From contig JBNRSN020000029.1 of NCBI GenBank assembly GCA_051313645.2, forward strand, positions 19,840,001 through 19,904,000: a stretch of DNA of 64,000 nucleotides. The letters run 5' to 3'. Position numbers and translations under genes: made by a program. The DNA comes from Centroscyllium fabricii. Lineage: Eukaryota. Under the pieces are notes generated by a model. It was given only the letters and a program-made list of their open reading frames with translations, made no database searches and had not been told where the DNA came from. Of the stretch, positions 1 to 12,148 are shown piece by piece (the first letter of the stretch is position 1; every line of letters starts with the position of its first letter).

Positions 1-3000
1 TGGTGATTGTTCTGTTTGTCGGTGACTGGTCAGTCTGTATTGATGGGTCAGTTTGGCGTGATTGGCCAGTTTGGGAGTGTTTGTTCAGTTTCTGGTGATT
101 GGTCAGTTTGGAGTGTTTTTTCAGTTTGGGCGAGATGAATCGGTTAGGCCGTGTTTGTTCAGCTTTATGTTGAGTGGTCTGTTTTGGGGATGATGCATAA
201 GTTTGCTGTGATCAATTAGTTTATGTTGATGGGTCATTTTGCGCTCATTGTTCATTTTTTGTTGATGCATCAGTTTGGGTGTGATTGGTCGCTTTGTCTT
301 GATGGGTCAGTTTGTGGTATTTTGTCAGTTTGGGGTGATTAGTCAGTTTGGGAGTGATTGGTCAGTTTGGACGGATTGATCAGTTTGAGATGATTGGTTA
401 GTTTGTGTTAATGTATCAGTTTGTAGTGATTGGTCAGTTTGGGGGATTGGTCAGTTCAGTGTGAATGGTCAGATTGTGTAGATGGCTCAGGTTGGGGTGT
501 TCGTCAATTTGTGTTGATGGTTCAGTTTGGGATGATTTGTCAGTTTGGTGGAAATGGTTCCGTTTGTGTTGCTGGTTCTGCTTGGGGGTGATTGGTCAGT
601 TTATGTTGCTGTGTCAGTTTGGGGTTGATTGTGCAGTTTGTGTTGATGGGTTAGTTTGCGTTATTTGGTCAGTTTGGTGTGATTGGTTAGTTAGGCAGTT
701 ATTGCTCATTTTAGACTGGTCAGTTTGGTATGGTTGATCAGTTTGTGTTGATGAGTCAGTTTGTGTTGCTTGCTCAGTTTGGACTGATTGATCAGTTTGG
801 TGTAATTGGTCAGTTTGTGCAGATGGCTCACTTTGGGGTTATTGGTCAGTTTGTACTGGTGCGTCAGTTTGGAGTGGTTGTTCACTGTGTGTGTGATGGG
901 ATGAGTCAGTTGGGGGATGATTGGTCACTTCGGTTTGAATGGTAAATTTGTGGTGATTGGTAGGCTTGGGGGTAATCGGATACTTTGGCCTTGATTTTAT
1001 CATTTTGTTTTGATGGCTCAGTTTCCAATGATTGGGCATTTTGGCGTTAATTGTTCTGTTTGGTGTGATTGTTCACCTTGTGCGAATGGGTCAGTTTAGA
1101 GGTGACTGGCCAGTTTATGTTCATGAGTCAGTCTAGACGTGATGCGTCCGTTTGTGTTGACGGGTCAGTTTGTAGTGAATGTACCGTTTTGGGTTTTTGG
1201 TCAGTTTGCGGGTAATGGGTTATTTTGTGGTTGTTTGGTCATTTGGGTGCGACGGGTCCGCTTCTGGTAATGGGTCAGTTTGGGGGTGATTGGTCAGTTT
1301 GTGTTAATGGGACTGCTTGCGTTGATTGGACAGTTTGGCTGTGATTGGTCAATTTCGGGGTGACATGTCAATGTTTGTTGATGGGACAGTTTGGGGTGTT
1401 TGCCAAGTTTGGAGGTGATTGGTCAGTTTGCGATGATGGGTCAGTTTGGGGTCATTGGTGGATTTGGTGGTGGATTGGTTATTTTGTATTGATGGGACCG
1501 TTTGGGGTGATTAGCCAATTTGGAGATGACGTCTCCATTTGCGGTGATGGGTCGGTTTGTGGTCATTGGTCGGTTTGGGGTTGATTGTACTGTTTGCGGG
1601 ATTTTGGTGAGTTTGGGGTGATTGGTCAGTTTGGTTGATTTGTCAGTTTGCCTTGATGGGGCAGTTTGGCTGTTGTTCGTCAGGTTGGGCTGACGTATTC
1701 GTTTTTGTTGACGGGTCAATTTGGTCTGATTTGTCAGTTTGACGTGTTTGCGCAGCTTGAGGGTGATGGGATTGATGAGTCTGTTGAGTTGATTGGGCAG
1801 TTTGGAGGTGATGTGGCAATTTGTGTTGATTGGTCAGTTTGTGTTGGTTTGTCAGTTTGCGGTGATGGAATAGTTTGTGTTCATGGTTCAGTTGGTGCTG
1901 ATTGGTCAGCTTGTGTTGATTAGTCATTTCGGGGTTGATGGGTCACTTTGTGCTGATTCGTCAATTTGGGGGTGATGGGTCTCTTTGCTGTGTTCAGAGG
2001 GCAGTTTGCCAGTGATTGGTTCGTTTGCGTTGATGGGTGAGTTTGGGATAATTGGTCTGTTTGGCAGCGATTGGTCAGTTTGGTGGTGATTGGTAAATTT
2101 GTATTGATGGCTCAGTTTGTGGTGATTGGCCAGTTTGGAGGGGATTGGTTAGTTCACGGTGATGGGTCAGTTTCGGGTCATTGGTCGGTTTGGGGATGAT
2201 TGTTCAGTTTTTTTTAGCACTGCTGCTTCGCAACAAGGATTACCGGGGTTCAAGTCCTGCTCGGCCCGGGACCTCTTTGCCTGGAGTTTGCATGTTCTCC
2301 CCGTGTTCGTGTGGAGTTCCTCCGGGTACTCCCGTTTCCTCCCACCACCCAAAGACATGCAGGTTAGGTGAATTGGAGAGAATAAGATTTGCCATTGTGT
2401 AATTGTGTGACATATAGTTCTTAGAGATGGGGATGTCGGGGGATATGGGGAGAGGGCAGGAGGGAGGTGCTAAGTTTCAATGATCAGCCATGATCTCATT
2501 AAAATGGCGCAGCAGGCTCGAAGGGCCAAATGGCCTACTCCTGCCCCTATCATCTGTGTTTCTGTGTTTTAAATGGTAAATTAGTGATGATTGTCATGTT
2601 TCGGCGGAATGGGGCAGTTTGGCCTTGATTTTTTTTGATTTTTTGGGGGTCATTTTGCGATAATTCGTCAGTTTGGCGGTGATTGTTCTCTTTGGGCGTG
2701 ATTGTTCAGCTTGTGTTAATGGGACAGTTTCGGTGTGATTGGCCAGTTTATCTTCATGAGTCAGTCTGGGCGTGATATGTCAGTTTCTGTTGATGGGTCA
2801 GTTTGAATTGATTGTTCTGTTTCGGATTTTGGTCAGTTTGCGGGTAATGGGTTATTTTGGGGTTGTTGGGTCATTTGCGTACGAGGGGACGGCTTCTGGT
2901 AATGGGTCTGTTTGGGTTGATTGGATTGTTTGGTGGCGATTAATCAGTTTGGAGGTGATATGTCAATTTGTGATGATGGGACAGTTAGGTGTTGATGGGT

Positions 3001-6000
3001 TAGTTTGGCCGTGATTTTATCAATTTGTTTTGATGGGTCAGTTTGTGGCTATTGGTCAGTTACTGTTGATGAGCCACATTGGGTTGATTGGTCAGTTTGG
3101 CTTGACTGGTCAATTTGTCGTTATTGGACAGTCTGGGGTTGATGGGTTTGTTTCGCCCAGATTTTATGTATTTGTTTTGATGAGTCAGTTTGGGGTGATT
3201 GGTCAAATATTGTTGACGAGACACTGTGGGGGTGATAGGTCAGTTTGCGTTGAATGGTCAGTTTGTGCTGATTGGCTAGTTTGTGGTTGATTTGTCAGGT
3301 TGGGATTTTTTGTTTATGTGGGGTTGTTTGGTCAGTTTGTGGGTGATTGGACAGTTTGTATTGATTGTGCAAATTTTTTTGATCGGTCAATTTGTTTAGA
3401 TCAATTGCTTTGGGTGTGTTATGTCAGTGTTAGCTGATGGGTCACGTTGACGTGATGGGTCAGTTCGGGATGATCTGTCATTTTGTTTTGATTGGTCAGG
3501 ATTTTGTGGTTAGTCAATTTGAGCTGATTGGTCAATTTGCCTGTGGTGGGTCAGTATGGGGATGATTAGCCAGTTTGCGGTGATTGGTCTGTATGTGTTG
3601 ATGGATCAGTTTGCGGTGATTGGTCAGTTTGGGTGATTGGTCAATTTGGGAGTGATGGGTGAGATTGAGCTGATTAGTCAGTTTGTGTTGATGGGTCAGT
3701 TTTTGTTGATTATGCAGCTTGGGGGTATTGGTCAGTTTGTGCTGATGGGTCAAATTTTGGTGAATAGTCAATTTGTGTTGATTGGTCAGTTTGCCTATGG
3801 TGGATCAGTTTGGGGATGATAGGTCAGTTTGCGTGTAATTGTCAGTTCTTGCTGAACCGTCTGTTCATCTTGATGGGTCTGTTTGGGGTGACTGGTCTAC
3901 TTGTGTTGATGGGTCATGTAACAGTGATTGTTCAGTTGTGGTGATTGGTCAGTTTTCGGGTACTGGATTATTTTTGTGTTGTTGGGCCATTTGGGGCGAG
4001 GTTTCAGGTAGTGGTAATAGGTCAGTTGGGGGCTGATTGGTCAGTTTGGGTTGCTGGGTCAGTTTGGAGTGATTGGTCAGTTTTGCGGAGATTTTTCAGT
4101 TTGCTGGTGATTGATCAGTTTGTGTTGATGGGCCATTTTGTGGTGATTGGCCAGTTTGGGAATTATTGGTCAGTTTGCGGTGATAGTTCATTTTGGGGTG
4201 ATTGTTCAGCTTGGGGTTGATTGGTCAGTTTGTGTTGATGGCTCAGTTTGGGGTGATTGTCAGGTTCGGCGGTGGCTTGTCAGTTTGGGGGAGATTGGAC
4301 AGCTTGAGTTGCTTGGGCAGTTTGGGGTGATTGGCCAGTTTGTGAGTGTTTGGTATGTTTGCGGTAATGGGTAAGTTTGAGATGAAAGGACAGTTTATGC
4401 GTGACTGGCCATTTTGTGTTGATGCGTCAGTGTGTGATATTTGGTCAGTTTGTCGTTGATTTGTTAGATTGGGATATATGTGTCAGTTTGTTCATGATTG
4501 GTCAGTTTGAGTTGATTGCTCAGTAATGGGTGATGGGTTGTTTGGTGTTCATGGGTCAGTTTTGGTTGACTCGTCAGTTTGGGGTTGATGTGTTACTTAT
4601 CAAGTGATTGGTCAGTGTGTGCTGACTGGTCGGTTTGTCTTGATTGGGAATTTTGAGGTGATTAGTCACAGTGGGTTGATGGGTCAGTTTGGACGTGATT
4701 GGTTAATTTCTGTTGATGTGTCAGTGTGGGGTGATTGGCCTGATTGGGCTGATTGGTTAGCTTGGGATTGATTGATCAGTTTGGACTGATTAGTCATTTT
4801 AGGGTGATTGGTCAGTTTGTGTTGATGTTTGTGGGGTTGATAGCTCAGATTTGTTTCAGTGGAAGTTTGGGGTGATGAGGTAATTCTTTGTTGATGTGTT
4901 AGTGTGTGTTGATTGGTTTATTGCTGGTTATGGATCAGATTGTATTGATGTGTCAGTTTGTCTGGGAATTGCCAGTTTGTGTTGATGTGTCAGTTTTCGG
5001 TGACTGGTCAATTGAGGGCGATGTGTCATTTTCTGCGAGATTGGTCAGTTTTAACCATTGGGTCAGTTTGGGGTGATAGTTATGTTTGGAGGTTATTTGT
5101 CATTTTGTCGTGAAAGGGTCAGTTTGAGGTGTTTGGTCCTTTTATGGATGATTGATCAGCTTGTGTTGATGTGTCAGTGGTGGGTCATTGGTCAGTTTGT
5201 GGGTGATTATTCAGTTTGCCGGTGATTGGTCAGTTTAGTAGTGATGGGTCACTTTGAGCATGATCGATCAGTTTGTGTTTATTGGTCAGTTTGGGGGCGA
5301 TGCGTCAGTTTGTGTTTATGGGTCAGTTTTTTTTGATGGGTCATTGTATGGGTGATTGGTCAGCTTTGTTGTAATTGGTGGGTTTTGCGGTTATTGGTCA
5401 GTTTTAAGGTGATTCGTCAGTTTGTCTTGATATGTCAGTTTGGTTGTGATACTTAGTTTTTCTCATGAGTCAGTTTGGTTGTGAGAGGTCAGTTTTTCTT
5501 GAAGGATCAGTTTGGGCTGTTTGGGCAGATTTCGGGCGATTGGTCAGTTTGATATGTTTGTTAATTTTGCTGGATGAGTCAGTTTCTTGGTGATTATTCA
5601 GTTTAATTGTGATTCGTCACTTTGTGTTCATTGGCCAATTTGGCGTAATGGTTAAATTTGGGGTGATGGGTCAGTTTGTGTGTGATTGCTCAGCTTGGGT
5701 GTGATTGGTCAGTTTGGAGTGATTAGTCATTTGTGGCGTGATTGGTCAGTTTGGGATGTTTGGTCAATTGGGGATGATTGTTCAGTTTGTGTTGATGGGT
5801 CAATTTAGCGGTGATTGTTCTGGTTTTGTTGATGGGTCAGCTTGGACTGATGAATCAGATTTTGTTGATGGGCCTGTTTGGGCTAATTTGTCAGTTTGAC
5901 GTGTTTGGTCAGATTGAGATTAATGGCTCAGTTTGGGTTTCATTGGTCAGTTTGGGTTGATTGGCCAGTTTGGAGGTGATGAGACATTTTATTTTGATTG

Positions 6001-9000
6001 ATCAGTTTGGTCGTAATTGGGCATCTTGTGTTGGTGAGTTATTTTTGGGTTGATTGGTCTGTTTGTGTTGATTGTTCAATTTAGGTGTGATGTGTTTGTT
6101 TGCTCTGATTTATCAGTTTATGTTGATATATCATTGTGGGGTTATTGTTTAGTTTGCGTTCACGGGTATGTTTAGGGTGATTTGACATTTTGTGATGATG
6201 GGTGAGATTAGGGGTGATAGGTCAGTTTTTGTTGAAGTATCTGTTTGGGGGTGATTTACCAGTTTTTGTTGATGAATCAGTTCGGTGGGTTTTAGGTCAG
6301 TGTGTGCTGATGTGACAGTTCTGGGTTGTTGGTCAGTTTGGCGGTGATTGGTCAGGTTGGTGATGATTGGACAATTTGTGCTGATGGGTCAGTTTGGAGT
6401 GATTGGCCAGTTTGTAGATGATTGGTTAGTTTGCAGTGATGGGTCATTTTGGCGTGATTCGTCGGACTTGATTTGTAAGTTTGTCTGGAATAGTAAATTC
6501 GTCATGATTGATAAGTTGGGGTGACGGTTTGTTTGGCCATGATTTTAACATTTTGTGTTGATGAGTCAGTTTGGGATGATTGATCAGTTTGTCGGTGATT
6601 GTTCTGTTTGTGGGTGATTGTTCAGTTTGTGTTGAAGTGTATGTTTGGAATTGATTGGCCAGTTGATGTTAATGAATCAGTTTGGACGTTATAGGTCAAT
6701 TTCTGTTGACGGGTCTGTTTGCGGTGTTTGTTCAGTTTGGGGTGTTTGGTCAGTTTGCGGTTAACGGGTTATTTTGTCGTTGTTGTTTCATTAAGGTGCG
6801 AGATGTCTGCTTCTGTTATTGGGTCAGTTTGGGAGCGATTGACGGTTTGTGTTAATGGGTGAGTTTCTGTTGATTGGACAGTTTGGCGGTGATTGGACAG
6901 TTTGTGGTGATGGGTCAAATTTGGGTCATTGGTCGGTTTGGGGCTGATTGGTCAGTTTGTGTTGATGTGACAGTTTGTGTTCATTGTACTGTTTGCGGTT
7001 GATTGGTCAGTTTGAGCTGATGGAACAGCTTGGGATGATTAGTCGGTTTGGTGGTGATTGGTCAGTTTGTTCTGATTAGTCAGTTTATGTTAACGCATCA
7101 TTTCGGGGTTATTGGTCAGTTTCCGTTCATGGGTCAGTTTGAGCTCATTGGTCAGTTTGTGCTGATGGGTGAGTTTAGGCGTGATATGTCGCTTTTGTTG
7201 AAGTGTCACTTTGAGGGTGATTGGCCAGTTTTTGTTGATGAATCTGTTTGTGTTGCGATAAGTCATTTTTTGCTGATGTGACAGTTTGGTGTGGTTGGTC
7301 AGTTTGGCGGTGATTGATAAGTTTGGTGATGATTGGTCAATTTGTGTTGATGGGCCACTTTGGAGTGATTGTCCAGTTTGGAGGTAATTGGACTACTTGT
7401 CTGGAATGGTACATTTTTTGTGATTGTTATGTTTGTTGTGACGGGTTAGTTTGCCAATGATTTTATCATTTTGTGTTGATGAGTTAGTATGGGATGGTTG
7501 ATTATTTTGGCAGTGGTTGTTCTGTTTGGGGATGAATGTTCAGTTTGTGTTGAAGGGTATGTTTCGGAATGATTGGACAATTTATGCTGATTAGACAGTT
7601 TGGGCGTTATTGGTCAGTTTCTCTTGATGGGTCTGTTTGCGGTGTTTGTTCAGTTTGGGGTGTTTTGTTACTTTGCGGGTATGAGTTCTTTTGGGGTTGT
7701 TGGGTCATTTGGGTGCGAGATGTCTGCTTCTGTTAATGGGACAGTTTGGGGGTTTTGTCACTTTGTGTTGATGGGTGATTTTGCGTTGATTGGACAGTTT
7801 GGCAGTGATTGGTCAGTTTGCTGATGATTGGTCAGTTTGCGGTGATGGGTCAAATTCGTGTCATTGGTCGGTTTGTGGGTGATTGGTCGGTTTGCGTTGT
7901 TGCGTCAGTTTGGGTTGATTGTACTATTTGCGGGCGATTGTTCAGTTTGCACTGGTGGGTCAGTTTGGGATGATTAATCGGTTTGGGGTGATTGGTCAGT
8001 TTTTCTTCAATGGTAAATTTGTGTTGATTGGTCAGTTTGGAGTTGACGGGTTATTTTGACCGTGAATTTATCATTTTGTGTTGATGCGTAAGTTTGGCAC
8101 TAATTGTCAGTTTGGCGGTTAATGTTCTCTTTGTTGGTAATTTTTCAGTTTGTGTTGATTGGTTAATATTTGAGATTGGCCAGTTTGGTGGTAATGGGTC
8201 AGTTCGAGCTGATTGGTCTGTTCATCTTGTTGTGGCAGTTTGGGGTGATTGGTCTGTTTGTGTTGATGTGTCAGTCAGTTTGTGGTGATTTCTCAGTTTG
8301 GGTTGATGGGTCCGTTTGCGAGTGATGGATCAGTTTGGGCGTGATTGTTCAGTTTGAGTTGATGATTGGACACTTTGGGGTGATTATTCAGTTGCGGGTG
8401 ATTGGACAGTTTGTTTTCTTGGGTCAGAATTTGGTGATTGGTCAATTCGCGCTGAATGCGCACTTTGCCTGTGGTGGGTTGTGTGGAGATGATGGGTCTG
8501 TTTAAGAGTAATGGGTCCGTTCGAGCCGAATGATCTGTTCATCTTGATGGGTCATTTTGGGGTGATTTTTCTGTTTGTCTTGATGGGTCATTTTGCGGTG
8601 AAAGGTCACTTTGGGGTGTTTGGACCGGTTTTGGAGCGATGGGTCAGTTTGTCGTAATTGATCAATTTCAGCTGATTAGTCAGTTTGGGGTGATGAGTCA
8701 GCTTGCGTTGACGGGCCAGTTTGTGGTGATTATTCAGTTTGGGGTGATTAGTCAGTGTGTGTTGACGGGCCAGTTTGGTGGTGCTTGTTCTGTTTGTCTG
8801 TGATTGGTCAGTTTGTGTTGATGAGTCAGAATGTGGTGATTAGTCAATTTGTGTTAATGAGTCAATTTTAGTTTGTTAGATCAATGTGTCTTGATGTGTC
8901 AATTTGATGTGATGGGTCAGTTTGGGACGATTGGACAGTTTGTCTGTGATTGTTCCGTATGTGCGTGATTGGTCAGTTTGTTTTGATGGGTCAGAATTTC

Positions 9001-9260
9001 GTGACTGGTTCATTTGTGTTGCTGGGTCAATTTGCCTGTTGTGGATCACTTTGTAATGATGGGTCAGTTTGAGGGTTATGGGTCAGTTCGTTCTGATTCT
9101 TCTGTTCATCTTGATGGGACAATTTGGGGTGTTTGATCTGTTTGTATTGATGTGTTAGTTTTCGGTGATTGGTCAGTTTGGGGTGATTTTTATGTTTGAG
9201 TTGATGGGTTAGTTTTCAGTGATTGGTCAGGTTGGGGTGATTGGTCACGTTGTGGGTGTT
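1..9260. repeat. Degenerate GT-rich satellite/minisatellite, ~18-19 bp unit (consensus ~GGTGATTGGTCAGTTTGNN), running off the left edge
   Basis: Hundreds of variants of GATTGGTCAGTTTG / GATGGGTCAGTTTG with strong G/T strand skew. The ORFs here are repeat translations (IGQF / DWSV). Confidence 0.95.
2214..2569 (+). mobile_element. tRNA-derived V-SINE (HE1-like) with CR1-derived 3' tail, inserted in the satellite
   Basis: B-box-like GGTTCAAGTCC, V-domain GGAGTTTGCATGTTCTCCCCGTG...TTTCCTCCCAC, CR1 tail GATCAGCCATGATCTC...GGCCTACTCCTGC, then TCTGTGTT repeats. Confidence 0.9.
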
Positions 9261-9262
9261 TT

Positions 9263-9760
9263 AAAAGGTCCCTGAGTGCGAGTTTCTGGCGGGTCAGTTA
9301 CCAAAATTCCAATTCGGAGGGCGGGAAGTCACCACGCCGAATCCCCTCCAATTTGGGATTTTCGTTGGGCGGGTTTTGCCGCCCAGCAGGTTTCCCGCTC
9401 ACCGCCGGCGGGGATAAAGATTGAGGTCGTTGAGGGTCCTTAATGGGATGGCTTATCCTATTTTAAGGAACCGCAGCTATTTTAGCCCTCTTCCCACCCA
9501 GAAGCCGCCTGGTGAAAACCCCGCCATGAAAATGGTTTTGGAAACCCAGGCGGCTGGTTATCTACCACCTTCCAGGCATGGGCACAGCACCCACACAGCA
9601 GCTTACTAGTCTCCACAATGTTGGAGGTGCAGCTGCCACCCAAGTGTGAGAAACTTCACAGCCCAAAACCTTAAAATCAATCATCTTCACCAGGCCTCTG
9701 GATCGGGATTTCAAATGCGAGGAATGGAGAACCGTGGTGCGCCCGCAAAGTGAACTTTGG
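9263..9760. repeat. CpG-rich relic of a probable non-autonomous DNA element at the satellite boundary
   Basis: Repeated GGCGGG/CCCGCC motifs in both orientations and an abrupt composition change. No termini identified. Confidence 0.3.
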
Positions 9761-9789
9761 AGGCTGGCACTCGTGGCAGGCCTCTGTTC

Positions 9790-9985
9790 CTAATTTCAGG
9801 GCCATTGTCTCTCCATGTTGTTTCTACCAAAATGCATCGCTTCACTCATACACACGTTCAATTGCGTCTGCCGAAAGCCTGCCCATTTCACCAATCTGTC
9901 CACTTCCTCCTCAGGTGTTCTAATATTCTGTTCACTATTTACTACGTTACCACGTCTCTTTGTCGCCCGCAAATGCCTTTCCAAA
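9790..9985 (-). mobile_element. CR1 ORF2 fragment
   Basis: Translation DRLVKWA...QLNVCMSEAMHFGRNN is a decayed version of the CR1 RT C-terminal motif seen in other copies here. Confidence 0.7.
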
Positions 9986-10269
9986 TCTTTTCTTATTTCA
10001 TTCAGTCATAATCTCTTTTGTTGTCCAAATAATTCGTGCCTTTTGCTTTACTTTAATTGTTGCTCTTATGTTTTTAATCATGCAGGTTCTCTCATTAATT
10101 GCTGTTGTGTTATTGTTTTTAAGGAGCAAGCAAAACATAAATGCAAAAACAAATCCAAAATTTAATTTACATGGAATATAGAAAGAAATAATAAAAGATT
10201 CTACAGACACGTAAATAATTAAATAAAATCGGGATAGCTGTATGATCACTAAACGATGCCCAAGGTACA

Positions 10270-10605
10270 CATATCATAGAATCATAGAATCATATAGTCC
10301 AGATAGTGTACATTTCGGCCCATCGAGCCTGCACAGACAGATATCCCACCCTATCTCCGTAACCCTTACATAATCCCACCCTGTCCCCTTAATCCCACAT
10401 ATTTTAATCTAAGGGTCAATTTATACTGGCCAATTAACCTATCCCGCACATCTTTTGACTGTGGGACGAAACCGGAGCACACGGAGGAAACCCACGCAGA
10501 CACGGGGTGAATTTGCAAACTCCACGCAGATAGTGCCTGGGGCTTGATTTGAATACTGATCTCTCGTGCTGTAAGGCAACAGTGCTAACCACTATGCCAC
10601 CGTCC
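10270..10605 (-). mobile_element. HE1-like V-SINE
   Basis: Reverse-complement V-domain (GAAACCGGAGCAC..GGAGGAAACCCACGCAGACAC), (ATCATAGA)n tail, tRNA-like head at the right end. Confidence 0.9.
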
Positions 10606-10619
10606 AATAATATAGTTAA

Positions 10620-11435
10620 AGTGAGCGAGAATTCAGAAATATTGAACATTTATTTCACCTCAGCATTTACCAGAGAGACTTATAAAGCCGATATATCATT
10701 AAACATTAAAAGAGATAAAAAAATATATAAATCATTTCAGATAGATAGAGGTGATATAAATGATACAGTAATCAAACTTAGAGAGGATAAAACACATCGT
10801 CTGAAATGATTGCGTCCATGTGTATTACAAAAGTTAGGAAAGATACAGCAGAGTCATGTTACATAGAATTCATTAGAAATGGCAGTAGTGCCAGAGTACA
10901 TGCATAGAGCTAATGATATACCTATATTAAAAGAGAACAAAGATAAGTATCAATACACCAGATATATTAAAATCGGTGCTAGGAATCATACTTGGAATAT
11001 TTTTTGAGAGTAGCAATTGAAAACGTGTAGAAACCGAATACATAATATACAATTTTGAGCAGTGATGTCAAAAAAGTTATTCCAGCAGCTTTATTGTACT
11101 TTTTGAAGAAGTACCAGAATTCAAGAAGGAGTTGGATATATCTTTTAAGGCTAAAGCGATCTAGGGATATGGGAAAAATGCAGGGACAGGGTATTACATT
11201 TGGATGGTCAGCCATGCTGCCATTGAATGGCGGAGCAGGCTACAGGGGGCTAATTGCCTAGTCCTGCTCCTATCTTCTATGTTTATATATTTCAATGATT
11301 CGACAAGGATTGGATGTAATATATTTTGATTTAAAAACGGCCTTCGATAATGTACGGCATACCGGACTCACGAATATGATCCGAGTATATGGAGTCAAGG
11401 GAGAAGGAGCAGAATGAATAGCAAGCTGGTTGTAC
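10620..11435 (+). mobile_element. Old degraded CR1 ORF2 fragments, with a younger CR1 3' end at ~11140-11290
   Basis: EILNIYFTSAFTRE motif; GATGTAATATATTTTGATTT..GCCTTCGATAA (DVIY.DF..AFD); 3' tail GAATGGCGGAGCAGGCT...CCTGCTCCTATCTTCTATGTT. Confidence 0.75.
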
Positions 11436-12148
11436 TCAACAAAAAGAAAAATACCTGAACTACTGGACAGAAACGACAAAAACCCAAAACAAACTAGATT
11501 GCTACTTGGCCCTAAACAGACAGTACACCATGGCGGACTACCTGTCCATGGTGAAAGATAGCAAACTGAGAAAAACTCTGACAATGTACAGACTTTGCGA
11601 GCACAGCCTAGCCATCGAAAAAGGCAGACACAGAAAGACTTGGCTGCCCAGAGAGGAAAGGCTGTGCTCCCACTGCAGTCAGGGAGTGGTGGAGACAGAG
11701 CGGCACTTCCTCACAACTTGCGAAAATTATCAGGGAATAAGGGGAAATTTCTTCCCAAAATTTGCAACAGCATGCCCTGAATTCAAAAATTTGACCGACC
11801 ACCAGAAACTCCCATACCTACTAGGGGAACAGAGGGAATGTATAAAACTTGCAGCAAACTACGTCACAGCTTGCCATAAGCAGAGGGACAACCAGTGACC
11901 ATTGACATTGAAGCTAGGATGAGCATACAAGTTCTATATGCGGGTATAAATGTACATGTGTGCGTAACTAATGTACGGTTGTCAATAAGTCTACTAATGT
12001 ATTATTCTATGTAGTACATCTACTAATGTATTATTCTTATGTATGTTAAAATGCTCTACTAATGTAATATTCTTATGTATGTTGCACTGCTTTGGCAACA
12101 ACGGTTGATACCATTCATGCCAATAAAGCTTTTTGAATTGTGAATTGT
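11436..12148 (+). mobile_element. 5'-truncated non-LTR retrotransposon 3' end, RTEX-like, with an open C-terminal CCHC zinc-finger ORF (11506-11898)
   Basis: LTMYRL.EHSLAIEKGRHRKTWLPREERLCSHC...ETERHFLTTC zinc-binding region, AT-rich 3' UTR with short tandem duplications, AATAAA then (GAATTGT)n tail. Clade assignment is from memory. Confidence 0.7.

Noticed and set aside
465-8288. Many 60-95 aa ORFs in the GT-rich array
   Set aside because: They are translations of the repeat (IGQF/DWSV), mostly with non-ATG starts and no conserved frame.
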